A stretch of 64,000 nucleotides of DNA from Lama guanicoe (Eukaryota). The notes below the pieces were generated by a model, which ran no database searches, was not told where the DNA came from, and was given only the letters and a program-made list of their open reading frames with translations. The stretch lies in the NCBI GenBank assembly GCA_013239625.1, contig MU056216.1:12930729-12994728 (forward strand), read 5' to 3'. The position numbers were made by a program, and so were the translations under genes. Positions 1 through 11,486 of the stretch are shown here, one piece after another (positions within the stretch are counted from its first letter, which is position 1; the number at the start of each line of letters is the position of its first letter).

Positions 1-2220
1 TACTGCTGTATGTTTCAGACATGTTTGTATGAACTTTGTATTTGATTCAGAGTCCTCTGTTGATTCTGCAGCCACTCTGCTGCTTCTCTTCAGTTTGTAT
101 AGAACAGACAGGGCCTTGAGGTTTCTCTGTGACATTGATGTTACAAGAAAATGTTCTCTTTTATATCAGCACTGTTTTCCAATTCACCTGTCAGGGAAGC
201 CAAATCCTATGTGTTGATGATATTAGTTTGTAGCCATGAAAAGAATTTGGGTGTGATAGGCCATGTATTCAGACTTCCTTTTTATAATAAGACCTACAGG
301 CAATGGTAGATTATTTTATCACATTTAGTGCATGGGAAATAGCAGATGTGCTAGGAGAAGCTACCACAAGTATAAGTCAGTGAACTGGGTCTGTTCTGAG
401 TTTTAAATGAGACATGCCAAAGTGGGCTTGCCCCTGTAAAAGATACTGAAGAGTAACATGATACTGTTCTTTGTTATCTTGTCATGTTTCGCTGACTTGT
501 TTGAGGTCTTCACTGTGTCAAAATGTCAAAATTGTAATGATCAAGTGTGTAAAGTTTATCAAAATTGGAGATTTTGATACATGGCTGCGCTTTCAATTAG
601 GAAAAGCTATTTGACAGATTGGACAGGATGCAAACACAGAACTATTAAAACGGGTCTGCCTGGGGCGCATGCTAGACCAGGAAAGCTATCCTGAAACAGG
701 CAGAAGGACTGTTGCTCTCATCCGTTTCACGCTATTTTTGAAGAGTTTATAAACTAGCACTCCTTCAACTCTCTTCTTTGCCTTCAGATTTCATTTTGTA
801 TAAAATGAGAAAAGACGAATGATAAACTATAGAATCAAAATTGAATGAGAAATCTGTTTCTCCTAACAGATAATAACCCTGCCATGGTATACTCTGTCAA
901 CATGTTATGAGTCATATGGTAATATACTTTTTAACCTGAGATTTCTCAATTGCTTTAGTGAATGCTAATCCTGAGAGTTTCCCTGCAGGAATAAAAACAG
1001 AGAGGTTTGGGGACTCAGCAGAATTCTGCAGGGACGTGGAATCAAAGCCATTGAAAGGTGTCATCTCTTACAGCATTGTAATCACTCCTAAGCTGCTTTC
1101 ACAGTTTATTTAGTACAATAAGATGAGGAAATCAAATACGGTCAGAGAAAGTTCAGACTGTGTAACTGAAACCAGTGACGCAGAATATGTTAAGTTATGC
1201 CAAAACTCTCTGGATTTCTATTCCAGGATTTGCAAGAAGGTGGGGAAAGGATGACTGGGGAGGGTGGGAAAGACTGTAGATGTCTTTATTCTTTTACCTT
1301 GGAAGCTTGAGTTACCAAGCCCGCACCCGCGCAGCTAGAACGTGCACACGCCAGCGGGACTGACTGACTACTTCATTACGACAGGCACACTGTGCTCGCG
1401 GGGCCTCGGGGGTGCTGCTGTTCCTGTGTGCGATTATAATGTTGTAATGTATTGCATNNNNNNNNNNNNNNNNNNNNNNNNNNNNNNNNNNNNNNNNNNN
1501 NNNNNNNNNNNNNNNNNNNNNNNNNNNNNNNNNNNNNNNNNNNNNNNNNNNNNNNNNNNNNNNNNNNNNNNNNNNNNNNNNNNNNNNNNNNNNNNNNNNN
1601 NNNNNNNNNNNNNNNNNNNNNNNNNNNNNNNNNNNNNTTGCATTTGGGAAGGGACTGGAGGAAGGAAACAATCAATAAAGCTTTCAAAGTCCAAGAACTG
1701 CTCCCGTTTGGTCTGCTGCCTTACAGTTTAGGCTGCAGACAGCTGAGTAGCGCAGACATGCCCTCACAGACACAGCAGTAAAAGCATACCCTTACGTTAG
1801 TGCATTGCTGTCACTCTGCATATTTAGGTAAACGTTCATTATAAGCCTGTATCCAAAAGTCATGACTTTTTTTCCTTTTTAGTTCCTAAAATGTCATACA
1901 AAATCCTTAGGTTTTAGGAAAAGCTTCTCTCAAAAAGGAAGAAAAGTAGTTGGTCAGGCAAAAACCATGGTATTGAAATCTAACACTACAGAATTCAGTT
2001 CTTGATTTTACTCAGTGTTCTAACAGATTTCAATTTATTATAGTGACTTAAGAGGAAGCAGTAGGTTAACCATCAAAGAGAAATTTAGGGAACAAACTGT
2101 GAATGAAACCTTACAGTGGAGTTTCACTCTTGTTCCATATATTTTTAAAATGTTGATATGCGTCTGTAACAAAAGCATAAAATTGCAGCGTAGTAACAAT
2201 CCCCTTTCTTTATTCACTAG
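1..2220 (+). other. FLT1: Distal intron 13, the region corresponding to the long 3'UTR of soluble sFlt1-i13
   Basis: Lies immediately upstream of exon 14; AT-rich and free of recognisable repeats; AATAAA at 990-995 and 1674-1679. sFlt1-i13 is known to arise by polyadenylation in intron 13. Confidence 0.7.
1458..1637. other. Assembly gap (180 N)
   Basis: run of N. Confidence 1.
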
Positions 2221-2367
2221 ATCAGGAAGCACCGTACCTCCTGCGCAACCTCAGCGACCACACAGTGGCTCTCAGCAGCTCCACGACCCTAGACTGTCAT
2301 GCAAACGGCGTTCCAGAACCCCAGATAACCTGGTTTAAAAACAACCACAAAATACTACAAGAACCTG
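2221..2367 (+). CDS. FLT1: FLT1 exon 14 (Ig-like domain 7, N-part): (D)QEAPYLLRNLSDHTVALSSSTTLDCHANGVPEPQITWFKNNHKILQEP
   Basis: ttattcactag|ATCAGGAAG ... GAACCTG|gtaaga; 147 nt; not captured in frame by the ORF track. Confidence 0.98.
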
Positions 2368-3049
2368 GTAAGAGACTTTTTTCCCCTTGTGTTTACTCTT
2401 TCTCCTTCTTCCTTTAACCTTCCTATCACCTTCTTCCGGTTTGTTTAGAACCCCTTGCTGGTAGAGCTGCAAAAAAACTGGGCTCTGGTCTGGGTTTCGA
2501 TCACTTCAGGTGAGGATTGTTTGAGCCAGTTCTTATGCAGACATATTCCTAAGCCTATAGAAGGAGCCTCATGGAATCTGCTTTAAATCGTGCATTCAGA
2601 AAGAAACGCTAAGAGCCGCTCAGAAAATATTTCAGTTTGTGACAACAACAGGGAAAGTAAATCCATTCCTTGGCTTGCAGGATAACAGTTTGGAAAATAT
2701 ATGCAGTTAAGAGCAGATTTATCATCTTCTTAGTTCACCTACACCGATGTTAATGATTTGGTAAAAAGAAGAATATTTTAAATTATGTTTTATCATACTG
2801 GTTAAAAAAAGAAATCTAAACTCATGGTCATGTGTTGATCTTCTTTCAACCAAAAATATATTTAAAGACGACTAGACTGAAATCAGAAAGTAGAAACAGT
2901 ACCTATTGTGTGCCTCATGATCCCATGGTTAAATAAGATTAAAATGAACTTATCTGTAAGTTTGATTAATAATTACGTTTATATTGAAGATAAACTTGCC
3001 ATTTATTTGCAACATTCCAACGCCCTAAAACAAATAACTGGCACATGGG

Positions 3050-4040
3050 GTCATCCTTCAGTGTGAATCCTCTCCTCTAAGTGAAGTCTCCACTTGAGTT
3101 TGATGCACCAAGAAAGGTCCTGGTGTAACATCTCCAATTTTCCAATATCTACAAATATCTTAGGAAGGCCTTACACTAAGCAGGTCCAGAACTAATCCCG
3201 TAACACCATTCTTCTCCTCTTGTATGGACATCAAGTACATCACCCACGCTAGGAGGTGACCCCTCTCCTTCCACCTCTGATCCATCAGGCTGAGCAGGCT
3301 GGACCCACTAAACACAGAACGTGTCTCGGCCCAGCCTCTCCTCTGCTTATTCTTGTCAGTCTCTTGGGTCAGCTGCTGCCCATCCCCTGGACATCAGCAG
3401 GGCTCTCCTAACTGGTCTCCCTGCCTCCCCCTCCTTTCTTTACATCTACTTTCCACACAGTTGCATAAGGTGTCACTTCCCCATTTTGAGCCTTCCATTG
3501 GCTCTCCGTCGCAGGACCGGGTTCACGCATCTGACGAGGAAGACCCTCAGCAGCACGCCCTGCCTGCAGCTTACAGCTCTCTGCTCGCCCTCCCCGGCCT
3601 TGAACTTTAAATTCCAGCAACTGCCAAACTCGTAGATCACGGCACGTGTTCTGCTGCTTCATCTCCCATGCTTTTTTTGTTCTCGTGTCCCCTTTGCCTG
3701 GAGAAGCTCCCCTTCCTCTAATCCATCCCTTAAGACAGACTGGACGTCTTCTGTCCAGAAAGCCTTGTTCCACCCCTGCGAAGAGGAGGCAGGTCCTCCG
3801 TGCGTCTTAGGATCTGTGAGCATTTCTATTCTCTCTCACTGAGTTGTTTTCTGGTCATCAGTTCGTGTGTGTCTGTATGATCTATGCCTGTTTCTACTGC
3901 CCTCTGACTGCAGTGTCATGACTTCCTGTGGACACTCTCTTCCTCTGGGTGAATCCTATCACACCTGCATCCTGAGGACCAATAGTGTAGAAACCACAGT
4001 GCATGGCAATCAATAAATGTTTTCATGAATGAAGGAATGA
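3050..4040 (+). mobile_element. L2 3' fragment (boundaries approximate)
   Basis: tctccacttgag...ctcctaactggtctccctgcctcc...; ends tcaataaatgttttcatgaatgaaggaatga. Confidence 0.7.
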
Positions 4041-5120
4041 GTAGTTTTCAGAAAATCTTATTCTATCCTTAGCAAGTTCACTTGGGAGCACAAATGCCCA
4101 GACTTTGGGAGAGGAGAGAGGCTATACCATAGAATTTTAAAACTGAAGGGATCTTTGGAATATCTTTAGTTCCATTTGTAGAAGAGAAAATTTAGGCGCA
4201 AAGAGGGAAGGTGATTTGCTCAAGAAGACACGCTATTAAGATGAGCAGTTTCATAGAACGCTAATCCCTTGAACGATTCTACCAAAGTAAAAGGATGAAT
4301 GAATATGTGAGTTAGTAAACAGCCTGTGAAACAATGGCTGTAATATCCTCCCCCTGGAGATTCAGAGTTCCCATTAGTACATTAAAGACCCAAAGAAGTC
4401 CCGTAGTGAAGAAACCAGGTAAACCATGGTTTTACGTTCTGTATGCCTCAAGTGTACTTGATCACAAAATATATTTTATGAAATGTTTTTATAAGATGTT
4501 GGGTGGTTCTTTGAAAGTAGATTTGGCTTACATTCAGGTTTCATACTTTGGATGTGGGTTGAAGAACTGGAGTTGAACCGATCTGAAAGTTCACGACCAC
4601 CCTGGGATTAGAGGAAAGACAAGGCAGTTACTGCAAATGGAGAAAGACGGTGAGGCGCTGGGAGGGGCTGGTCCCAGCACCGTCCTCAGGGGGCAGAGAA
4701 TCTGGGCGACTCAACTGTCCTTACTCTCTGAGCCTCTGTTTCCTTATTCACAAAACTGGGATAATACTGACCACATAGGGATGTGGTGTGATTTAAACAC
4801 GTTAATATAACTAAGCTGACCTATGTCATGGCTTAGTAAATATTACCTTCTGACCGACCTCATTGATACAGAAATTGGTCAGTGAGTTGTCAGAATTTAT
4901 TGGGTGGTATCAGAGAGTTAATTAATAAGTCAGCTCAAATGTCAAACGACTCTAAATCTAACAAAGATGTCCTCTTCACAGCTTTCTTTGTTCTTCTGAG
5001 GGTCAAAAGAAGAGTATCTAAAAAGAATCATATAAATTCTTACATAAAATCTTTCACATATATCATCCTAATATGTCATATTATTAGCATTTTTTGAGTT
5101 CAGCAATACTGTGTCAATTT

Positions 5121-5139
5121 TCTCTCTCTCTCTCTCTCT
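5121..5139. repeat. (TC)n microsatellite
   Basis: tctctctctctctctctct. Confidence 0.9.
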
Positions 5140-6060
5140 TAACTTTACTCTCTAAAACTACAGTAGCTTTTTGGAATGGAACTTCTTAGTTTTCTGGAGA
5201 TAATCTTTCTTACACGGACATGGTGTTTGTAAGGTTTCATACGTAAGATTCCCATCTGAGACGGCAAACTCAGCAGCCCAAGCAACACACTCTGTGACCG
5301 TGACCCGCGTGTCCGTGCGTGTGGGCGTCTTCAAAAGTACCAGTTCTTTTTATAGTTATTTCTTTTTACAAATCTATAAGTAAAGATTATGGGTAACCAA
5401 AGTGCCCATCCTTGACTCACTGGTTGTTCCAAAGCTGACAGGGAAAACCATCAAGATCACCCCCCGAAAAAGACGGAAAACTAGTTCACTGTGTATGAAG
5501 ACTTTGGAAAACTCAGCTGAGTTTTAAAAACCTGAGAATAAACTACATCCTTTGGAGACTTGAGATGCATCTTTTTATGAAGCCTGGCGACCCAGAAAGC
5601 ACTGCATGCGATACAGCGAGTATTTTGGTGACCCTGGCTCATGGCTGGGATGGAGCCCACTATCATGGAAGCAGGGCACGCGCCAGCGCTCCCGCTCCAG
5701 ACGAGCGGCGGGGGAACGCCTGCCTCCAGAACTTAAGGGGGTCGGACTTCTTCCCGCCCTTCTCATGTCCTTTCAGGGAAACCCTCAGTGGGGCACACGC
5801 ATTCTAGGGAAAAATATAATTTCAAGAAAGTTCTGTGAAAGCCAAGTAGGAAGTTCTTGGGATTAAAGCATCAAGCAGCAACAGGAGGGCCTCTAAGCAT
5901 GCAGCCCAGGGAGTCATGTGCACAGGGACAGAAGGTCACCTCCCCAGGTACCCACGGGGTGGGCTCCCTACTGCCCGGCACACAGCTGCAGGCTTTCCCG
6001 GGCCTCGACTGCCCGGCCACCCTACTAACTACCCCCCACGCCGCCCGGACAGCCTTTACT

Positions 6061-6182
6061 GTTTTTGTTTTTGTTTGGTGGGGGGTAGGTTTCTTTATTT
6101 ATGTATTTAATGGAGGCACCGGGGAAGGAACCCAGGACTGCGTGCATTTTCATGCGCTCTACACTGAGCTGTACCCTCTCCC
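6061..6182 (-). mobile_element. Vic-1-type tRNA-derived SINE
   Basis: Reverse complement reads gggagagggtacagctcagtgtagagcgcatg...gtcctgggttcc..ccccggtgcctccattaaatacataaataaagaaacctacccccc + A-rich tail. Confidence 0.85.
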
Positions 6183-7109
6183 GGAAAGCCTTTACAGGAT
6201 CCTCTTCTCCCCCCCAGCCTCTGGCCATCAGGCTCCTCCCTTCCTGTCCCAGCACATGGACTGCTGCCTTCTCTCTGATGCCTGGGCTCGTGTACAGTCC
6301 GTGTCATGCCTCAGGGAGCCTCCCTCGTTGTTCTCTCGTGTGATGTTTTGAAGCTCTACACTCTTCATATGTCTTTATTGAAAATAATTATAAAAATGCA
6401 TTGAGCATCACCAGGCACCCAAGAACCGTTAGGAGTTTTACAACAGTCTCAGTTTCTTTTCACCCCTGTCACCTGTGGTAGGTGCCGTTACTAGACACAT
6501 TCCCAGCTCTGCTTGGACTTCACACACTTGCTAGGTGGCTGGTGCTGTTCTAAGCTCTTTGCTAAAATTAATCTGTTTACCCCTCCTAACAAGTCTGTGA
6601 GGTTCCCTAAATTACGCCTGTTTTCCAGGCTAAGGTTTGAGGAAGCAAAGACACAGGAGAAATAACTGGCTCCAGGTGGTTGAGTTAGTGGGTAGCAGAC
6701 CAAGCTTCAAACCAGAAGAGGAACTCAGAGCATGTGGAGCTAAACGCTAGTTTGCATCACTCAGAACAGAACAGATGCTGGTTTTAAATGACTCCATGCA
6801 CATTAACAAGCATTTAAAACAATGACTATTTTCTCATTTCCAGTCCTTAAAGATTAAGCTTCCTGAAAACTATAGTTCACTCTTAAAATTTTATTTATTT
6901 TAAAAAATGTAATGCATGTTAAAAATATTAAAGCAATTTTTAGAAAGTGGACATGCTCTATATAAAATTTAAAATTATTTTGAGCCAAAGTCTAGGTCTT
7001 TTTAAGTTTTAAAAGGTCCAGAATTCATTCCATATCAGCCCAACAATCTTACTCATTTAACAGACTTTCTCTTTTTCCCCATTTGAGAGATTTAATCCCA
7101 TTAATGGAC

Positions 7110-7405
7110 TTTTTTTTTTAAACTGAAGTGATGTCAGTTCAACAGTGTTAGTTTCAGGTGTACAGCAAAGAGATTCGGTTACACATATATATACATATAT
7201 ATTTTTTCAGTTTCTTTTCCATTACAGCTTATTATAAGAAATTAAATTAAGGTCCCTGTGCTCTACACTAGGTCCTTGTTGTTTATCTATTTCATATATA
7301 GTAATGTGAATCTCTTAATCCCAAACTCCTAACCTATCCCCACCCTCCCCTTCCTACCCTGGTAACCACGGTTTGTTTTCTATGTCTTTGAGTCCGTTTC
7401 TGGTT
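7110..7405 (-). mobile_element. L1 3' end (cetartiodactyl type), 5'-truncated
   Basis: poly-T then actgaagt...tagtttcaggtgtacagcaaag...ccctgtgctctaca...atcccaaactcctaa; homologous to the 3' end of the 27.3-28.0 kb L1. Confidence 0.88.
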
Positions 7406-7500
7406 TCAACAAACATTATTAAGGCACTACTTTGTGTATGGTGCCATGCTAGGCTCTGTGAACACAACAGTGACTAAGAAAACTAAAATCTGAAAAACCA
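7406..7500 (-). mobile_element. L2 3' tail (antisense) hosting the e15b-like exon
   Basis: ttcaacaaacattattaaggcactactttgtg...gccatgctaggctctgtgaacacaacagtgactaaga resembles the antisense L2 tail. Confidence 0.7.
7453..7493 (+). CDS. FLT1: Putative alternative terminal exon e15b (soluble Flt1): GSVNTTVTKKTKI*
   Basis: ctag|GC TCT GTG AAC ACA ACA GTG ACT AAG AAA ACT AAA ATC TGA, in phase with exon 14; 13 aa; 9/13 identical to the human e15b tail as I recall it (GSANTAVNKKTEI); weak pyrimidine tract. Confidence 0.6.
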
Positions 7501-7939
7501 CATAGCTGAAGTAATGAATTAGTGTATGTGTTTAAATGATACGGTGTCTTCCCGCAGCAGCCACATGGGTCCCAACTTACTCTTTATCATAGTGTCAACT
7601 GGGCACCAGAGTTAACGAGTCTAAAAATGGAATCAGGCGAACTAGTAAACAGGACAGGTAGAAAATGTGGTGCAATCACAGGATTAAAATATCTTTAATA
7701 CATTAGATACATCCTTTATGCTTTAATTTGCCTACTTTAATGCTGAGCATACAAGAGATCCGCGATCATTCATTTTTAGTGGAATACACTGAATGGTAGA
7801 GAGAGAAAAAGGAAATGAGAGATGCGCAAGAAGTAGTAAAGGGAGAAGCTGCCAACCAGAGCCAAGTAAAGCAGCAGCTGGGAATGATTCCGAGGGACAG
7901 ATAGGTGGAAAGAGAAAGGTGATTTGAGACATATTTACT

Positions 7940-8157
7940 TTTTTTTTGTTTTCTTAACTTACTGAAGTATAGTCAGTTTACAATGTTGCATCAGCTTCTG
8001 GTGTACAGCGTCATGTTTCAGTCATACATATATACATATATTCCTTTACATAATAGGTCGCTACAAGATATTGAATATAGTTTCCTGTGCTACACAATAG
8101 AAACTTTTGTTTATCTATTTTATATATAGTAGTTAGTATCTGCAAATCTCAAACTCA
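7940..8157 (-). mobile_element. L1 3' end, 5'-truncated
   Basis: tgaagtatagtcagtttacaatgttg...ggtgtacagc...atattgaatatagtttcctgtgctaca. Confidence 0.88.
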
Positions 8158-9562
8158 AGACAACAGTGTTACTTTGAGGAGACAGGTGAAAAGAGGAGCC
8201 AGCTAAAGTGAGTATAGTATGAAGGACCAGACTTGAAAGAAAAACGTGATGTGGAAGGACCAGTTCCAAAAACGCACCCTGAGCACTCTCAGCCAGAGAC
8301 GAATCCTACCTGCCAGTGGCTGCTTTGAGCACAGTTTGATTCTTAGGAGTATACTGACAACAAAGCTCCTTTAGGAACATTCTTTCTGTCGGGCTGAACA
8401 TTTTAAGGGTTTGCACCCAGACTTGGGATAGTAGTCTGAAGTCACCTGGGAGAACAGCTGCCTCCCCTGGGTGTCTTCATTTCTCTCCAGCCGCCTGCCC
8501 AAGGGACTGGCAGTTCCCCCCACCAAATGATCAGAAAGTCACCTTTCTAGCTCACACTTTTCCCAGATTCTCCAATGAGGCCCTAAAAGTGTTCAAAGTT
8601 GTAACAGAGCTGAGTTAGCACTGCGAGTGGAGCTGCTGGCCACTGACTTTGGAGCAACGCTGGAAGGGATCAAGGTCAGTTTGCAAAGCAGAGGTGGCAG
8701 GAGGCGTCTGGCTTGGCTCTACATGAAGTGATGCAAGCAAGCACCAGCTCCCAAATGATGGTACAGAGAAAATGGGGTTCCTGGGGAAAAAGCCATTCAA
8801 ATGCTGAAAAAAATCATGAATTCTTCTTCTCTGAAAATATTTAAGAGAACAGAAGGCAATGTGACCTGAGCTGTTTGAGTCAAGTCCACCTGAACCGAGA
8901 AATCATCATCAAAATTTCTAGGACGGCAGAACATTTTCAGAATATTTTAAGATTAAAGCAGTAGAATTGGAACCACAAAGTGTTTAGGAAGCATAAATTC
9001 TGTCTTGACTAGATGAAGGCTGGAACAGGAGAGAATCACTTGAGCCCACTGATCACTCCTCCTTCCTAAGTGGGATCTTGGTCACTAGGACTGTTTATTT
9101 AATGATCTGAAAGGGACATCTTTCCTGTCATCACTGTAGCACTGACACCAAATACCTGTACTTGGAGGCACATATTCAGATCAGGGTGCCCTCCTGTCCT
9201 AGTACCCGGGGGGACAGAATTACAGCTGAAGTGCAAGGTGGCTGACAGAGATCATGGAAAGATCCTGAGGAAAAGCAGGAGAAAGACGGATGAGGACGTT
9301 GTAAGGCTCATAAACTGACTGTCACTCTCAGGCTATTCGAGCTTGATTTCCTAGAGTAATAAAATTCAGAAATATCAATTACCTTTTGCAAAACTTGGGT
9401 AGTAATTGCCTTTTCTTCCTCATGACATCTACCCTGAGAGTGCAAAATGAATTAAGAAACGTTTCAGGAAAAAAAATGAGTACAGGATCCCCAGGCACAC
9501 GCGGGGCAGTGCATGGAAGGGGAGGCCGGCTGCTGTTACCCTCGCTAAGCCCGTCAGTCTGC

Positions 9563-9604
9563 TCACGTGATTGGCTGCTGGTGACTGACTAAGCAGCCAA
9601 TCAC
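9563..9604. promoter_or_regulatory. Palindrome with two inverted CCAAT boxes and an overlapping TCACGTGA E-box (candidate enhancer or ancient DNA-element relic)
   Basis: gtgattggctgct (9567-9579) / agcagccaatcac (9592-9604), perfect 13-bp inverted repeat. Confidence 0.45.
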
Positions 9605-10536
9605 ATCACTCCTTCCTCTTCAACGTGCCTTTAAGGTGAGGAGGTCTAGGTACCCAGACCAAGAAGGGCCAAGCTTCACTAGAAGCTATACCAGGTGCTC
9701 TTCTCCCTTGCAGAAGCGTCGCAAGGTTTAGTTGTTCCTCTAACAGCCTCCGAAGCACAAAGGACATCCTGAACAACTGGCAGAGCTAAGGCTCAGTCCC
9801 TTTCTGGGAATAAACTTCCATTTAGAAGGTGAGGAGAAAGCACTGCAATTAAGGAGTGGAGTTGAGGGAACAGCAGGGAACACAGTTCTTTGGTTGGCAT
9901 CACCAGAGTCGAGAGCTACAAGCCCAGCCCCAGACAAAAGAGGACCCCTGGACCCTAACCACTGCTCCAATCGGTGAGAAAACAGTGGAGACAGTTACCT
10001 TCTGCACTTTTTGCAACGACTTGTTAACATTTGGCTAGTTCTGTGAGACTGACCCACATGGGGCAGTGGAGCTGTAGGGTTTACACCCAGAAAAGTAACG
10101 TAGCCCAGGAGTAGAATCCCATTTTGTATTGGAAATAGAAAGTTACTTATGAAGACTCAATCCTGACACCCGTAAATATACCTCTCTTTATTGTCAAGTT
10201 CCACTGTACTGAGGTCTTGCATATACATACACAGCATCATATCCTAATGCTTTGCCCCCAAAAAAGCTTTTTGGATGCATTTTCCAGCCAACATCCTCAT
10301 CCCCGTTCAGCCCAGAAAATCCTCCTGAAAGCTGTTCGCTACAGCAGGACCCGGCTGAGGATCACAGTGCAGCTGGCACAGACTCATTTATATAAATAAC
10401 AGGGTCCCTTGTTAGTCGAGTTCAACTGGGTGCCTTTTTAGAAGTCATCTTGAGTTTTCAAATGAAAAACTTGGAACCTAAGAAATGGGAGAGATCTTGC
10501 AAATGGGGGCATCACTTTAGAAAGAGCCGCTTCCTT

Positions 10537-10700
10537 TAAAAAAAAATTGTGGCAAAATACACAAAACAAATTTTACCACCGTACTCTTTAAAAGTGCACA
10601 ATTCAGGGACACTATGTATATTCACAGTGTTGTTAGACCATCACACCACTATCTAATTTCAGGACTTGTTCGTCACCTCAAACGGAAACCTCAGACCCAT
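10537..10700 (-). mobile_element. Older L1M 3' fragment
   Basis: ttgtggcaaaatacac...tgcacaattcag...atattcacagtgttg...ccatcac resembles L1MA/MB 3' end. Confidence 0.65.
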
Positions 10701-11392
10701 TACGACTCTTCCCTTTGGACTGTGAATTAACCTCCTCTTTTGATCCTTTTCTGTGACCTTTTGTGACACACAGAACTGTACTTTGAGCATGGCCACAATC
10801 AGAAGCCTGCTTTGTCGGAAGAGCAGTCAATGTCTGTGAAGCCAGGAGCAGAGGGAAATAGGGAATGAAGAAAAACAAAGAGACGAGAAATGTATGGAAT
10901 ATGAGGGGGAGGAGGGAGGGCCGACTCTCCCAGGAGTCATCGCAGAGACCGTCAGGGACTGTGCCCCGTCCAACGTCACTAACTCCAAAACTAAGATCCA
11001 CCATCTGGGCTCTTGGAGTGGAAGGGGCTCTCCAACCCCAATCCACAATTTCCTGCTTACACGGAAGCCTGGGTGACTAAGAAAGAAAACTCAGATACTA
11101 CCTAGATAAGTTTTCTCCTCTAATCTCTCGGCAAAATAATTAGATGAGGTTTTTCTGTCTCACGAGTCCAGGATTTGCATGGAAGCCCCACCTGCCGCCA
11201 AGTACAAACTTTAAACAGCTTAACCAGGACTTAAAGTAACACAAGGCAAAGTAGCTGGGGTCACCACTGTGCCTAATTCAATTAAGGAAAATATGCACAC
11301 AAATAAATTCTCAGATGACCTTAAGCTCAGCCCATCATTTGCATGACTAAATTGCTGCTGGAAAAAGTCAAATCAAGGAAGTTCACTCCAAA

Positions 11393-11486
11393 CAAATATA
11401 TCTAAGTATATGCCTAACTAGGACATTGTGCTGTACGCCAGAAACTGACACACTGTAACTGACTGTACTTCAACTAAAAAAAAAAA
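11393..11486 (+). mobile_element. Short L1 3' tail
   Basis: tgctgtacgccagaaactgacacactgtaactgactgtacttcaac + A11. Confidence 0.8.

Noticed and set aside
1312-1781. ORFs spanning the N gaps (also 49704-50334)
   Set aside because: Artefacts of X translation
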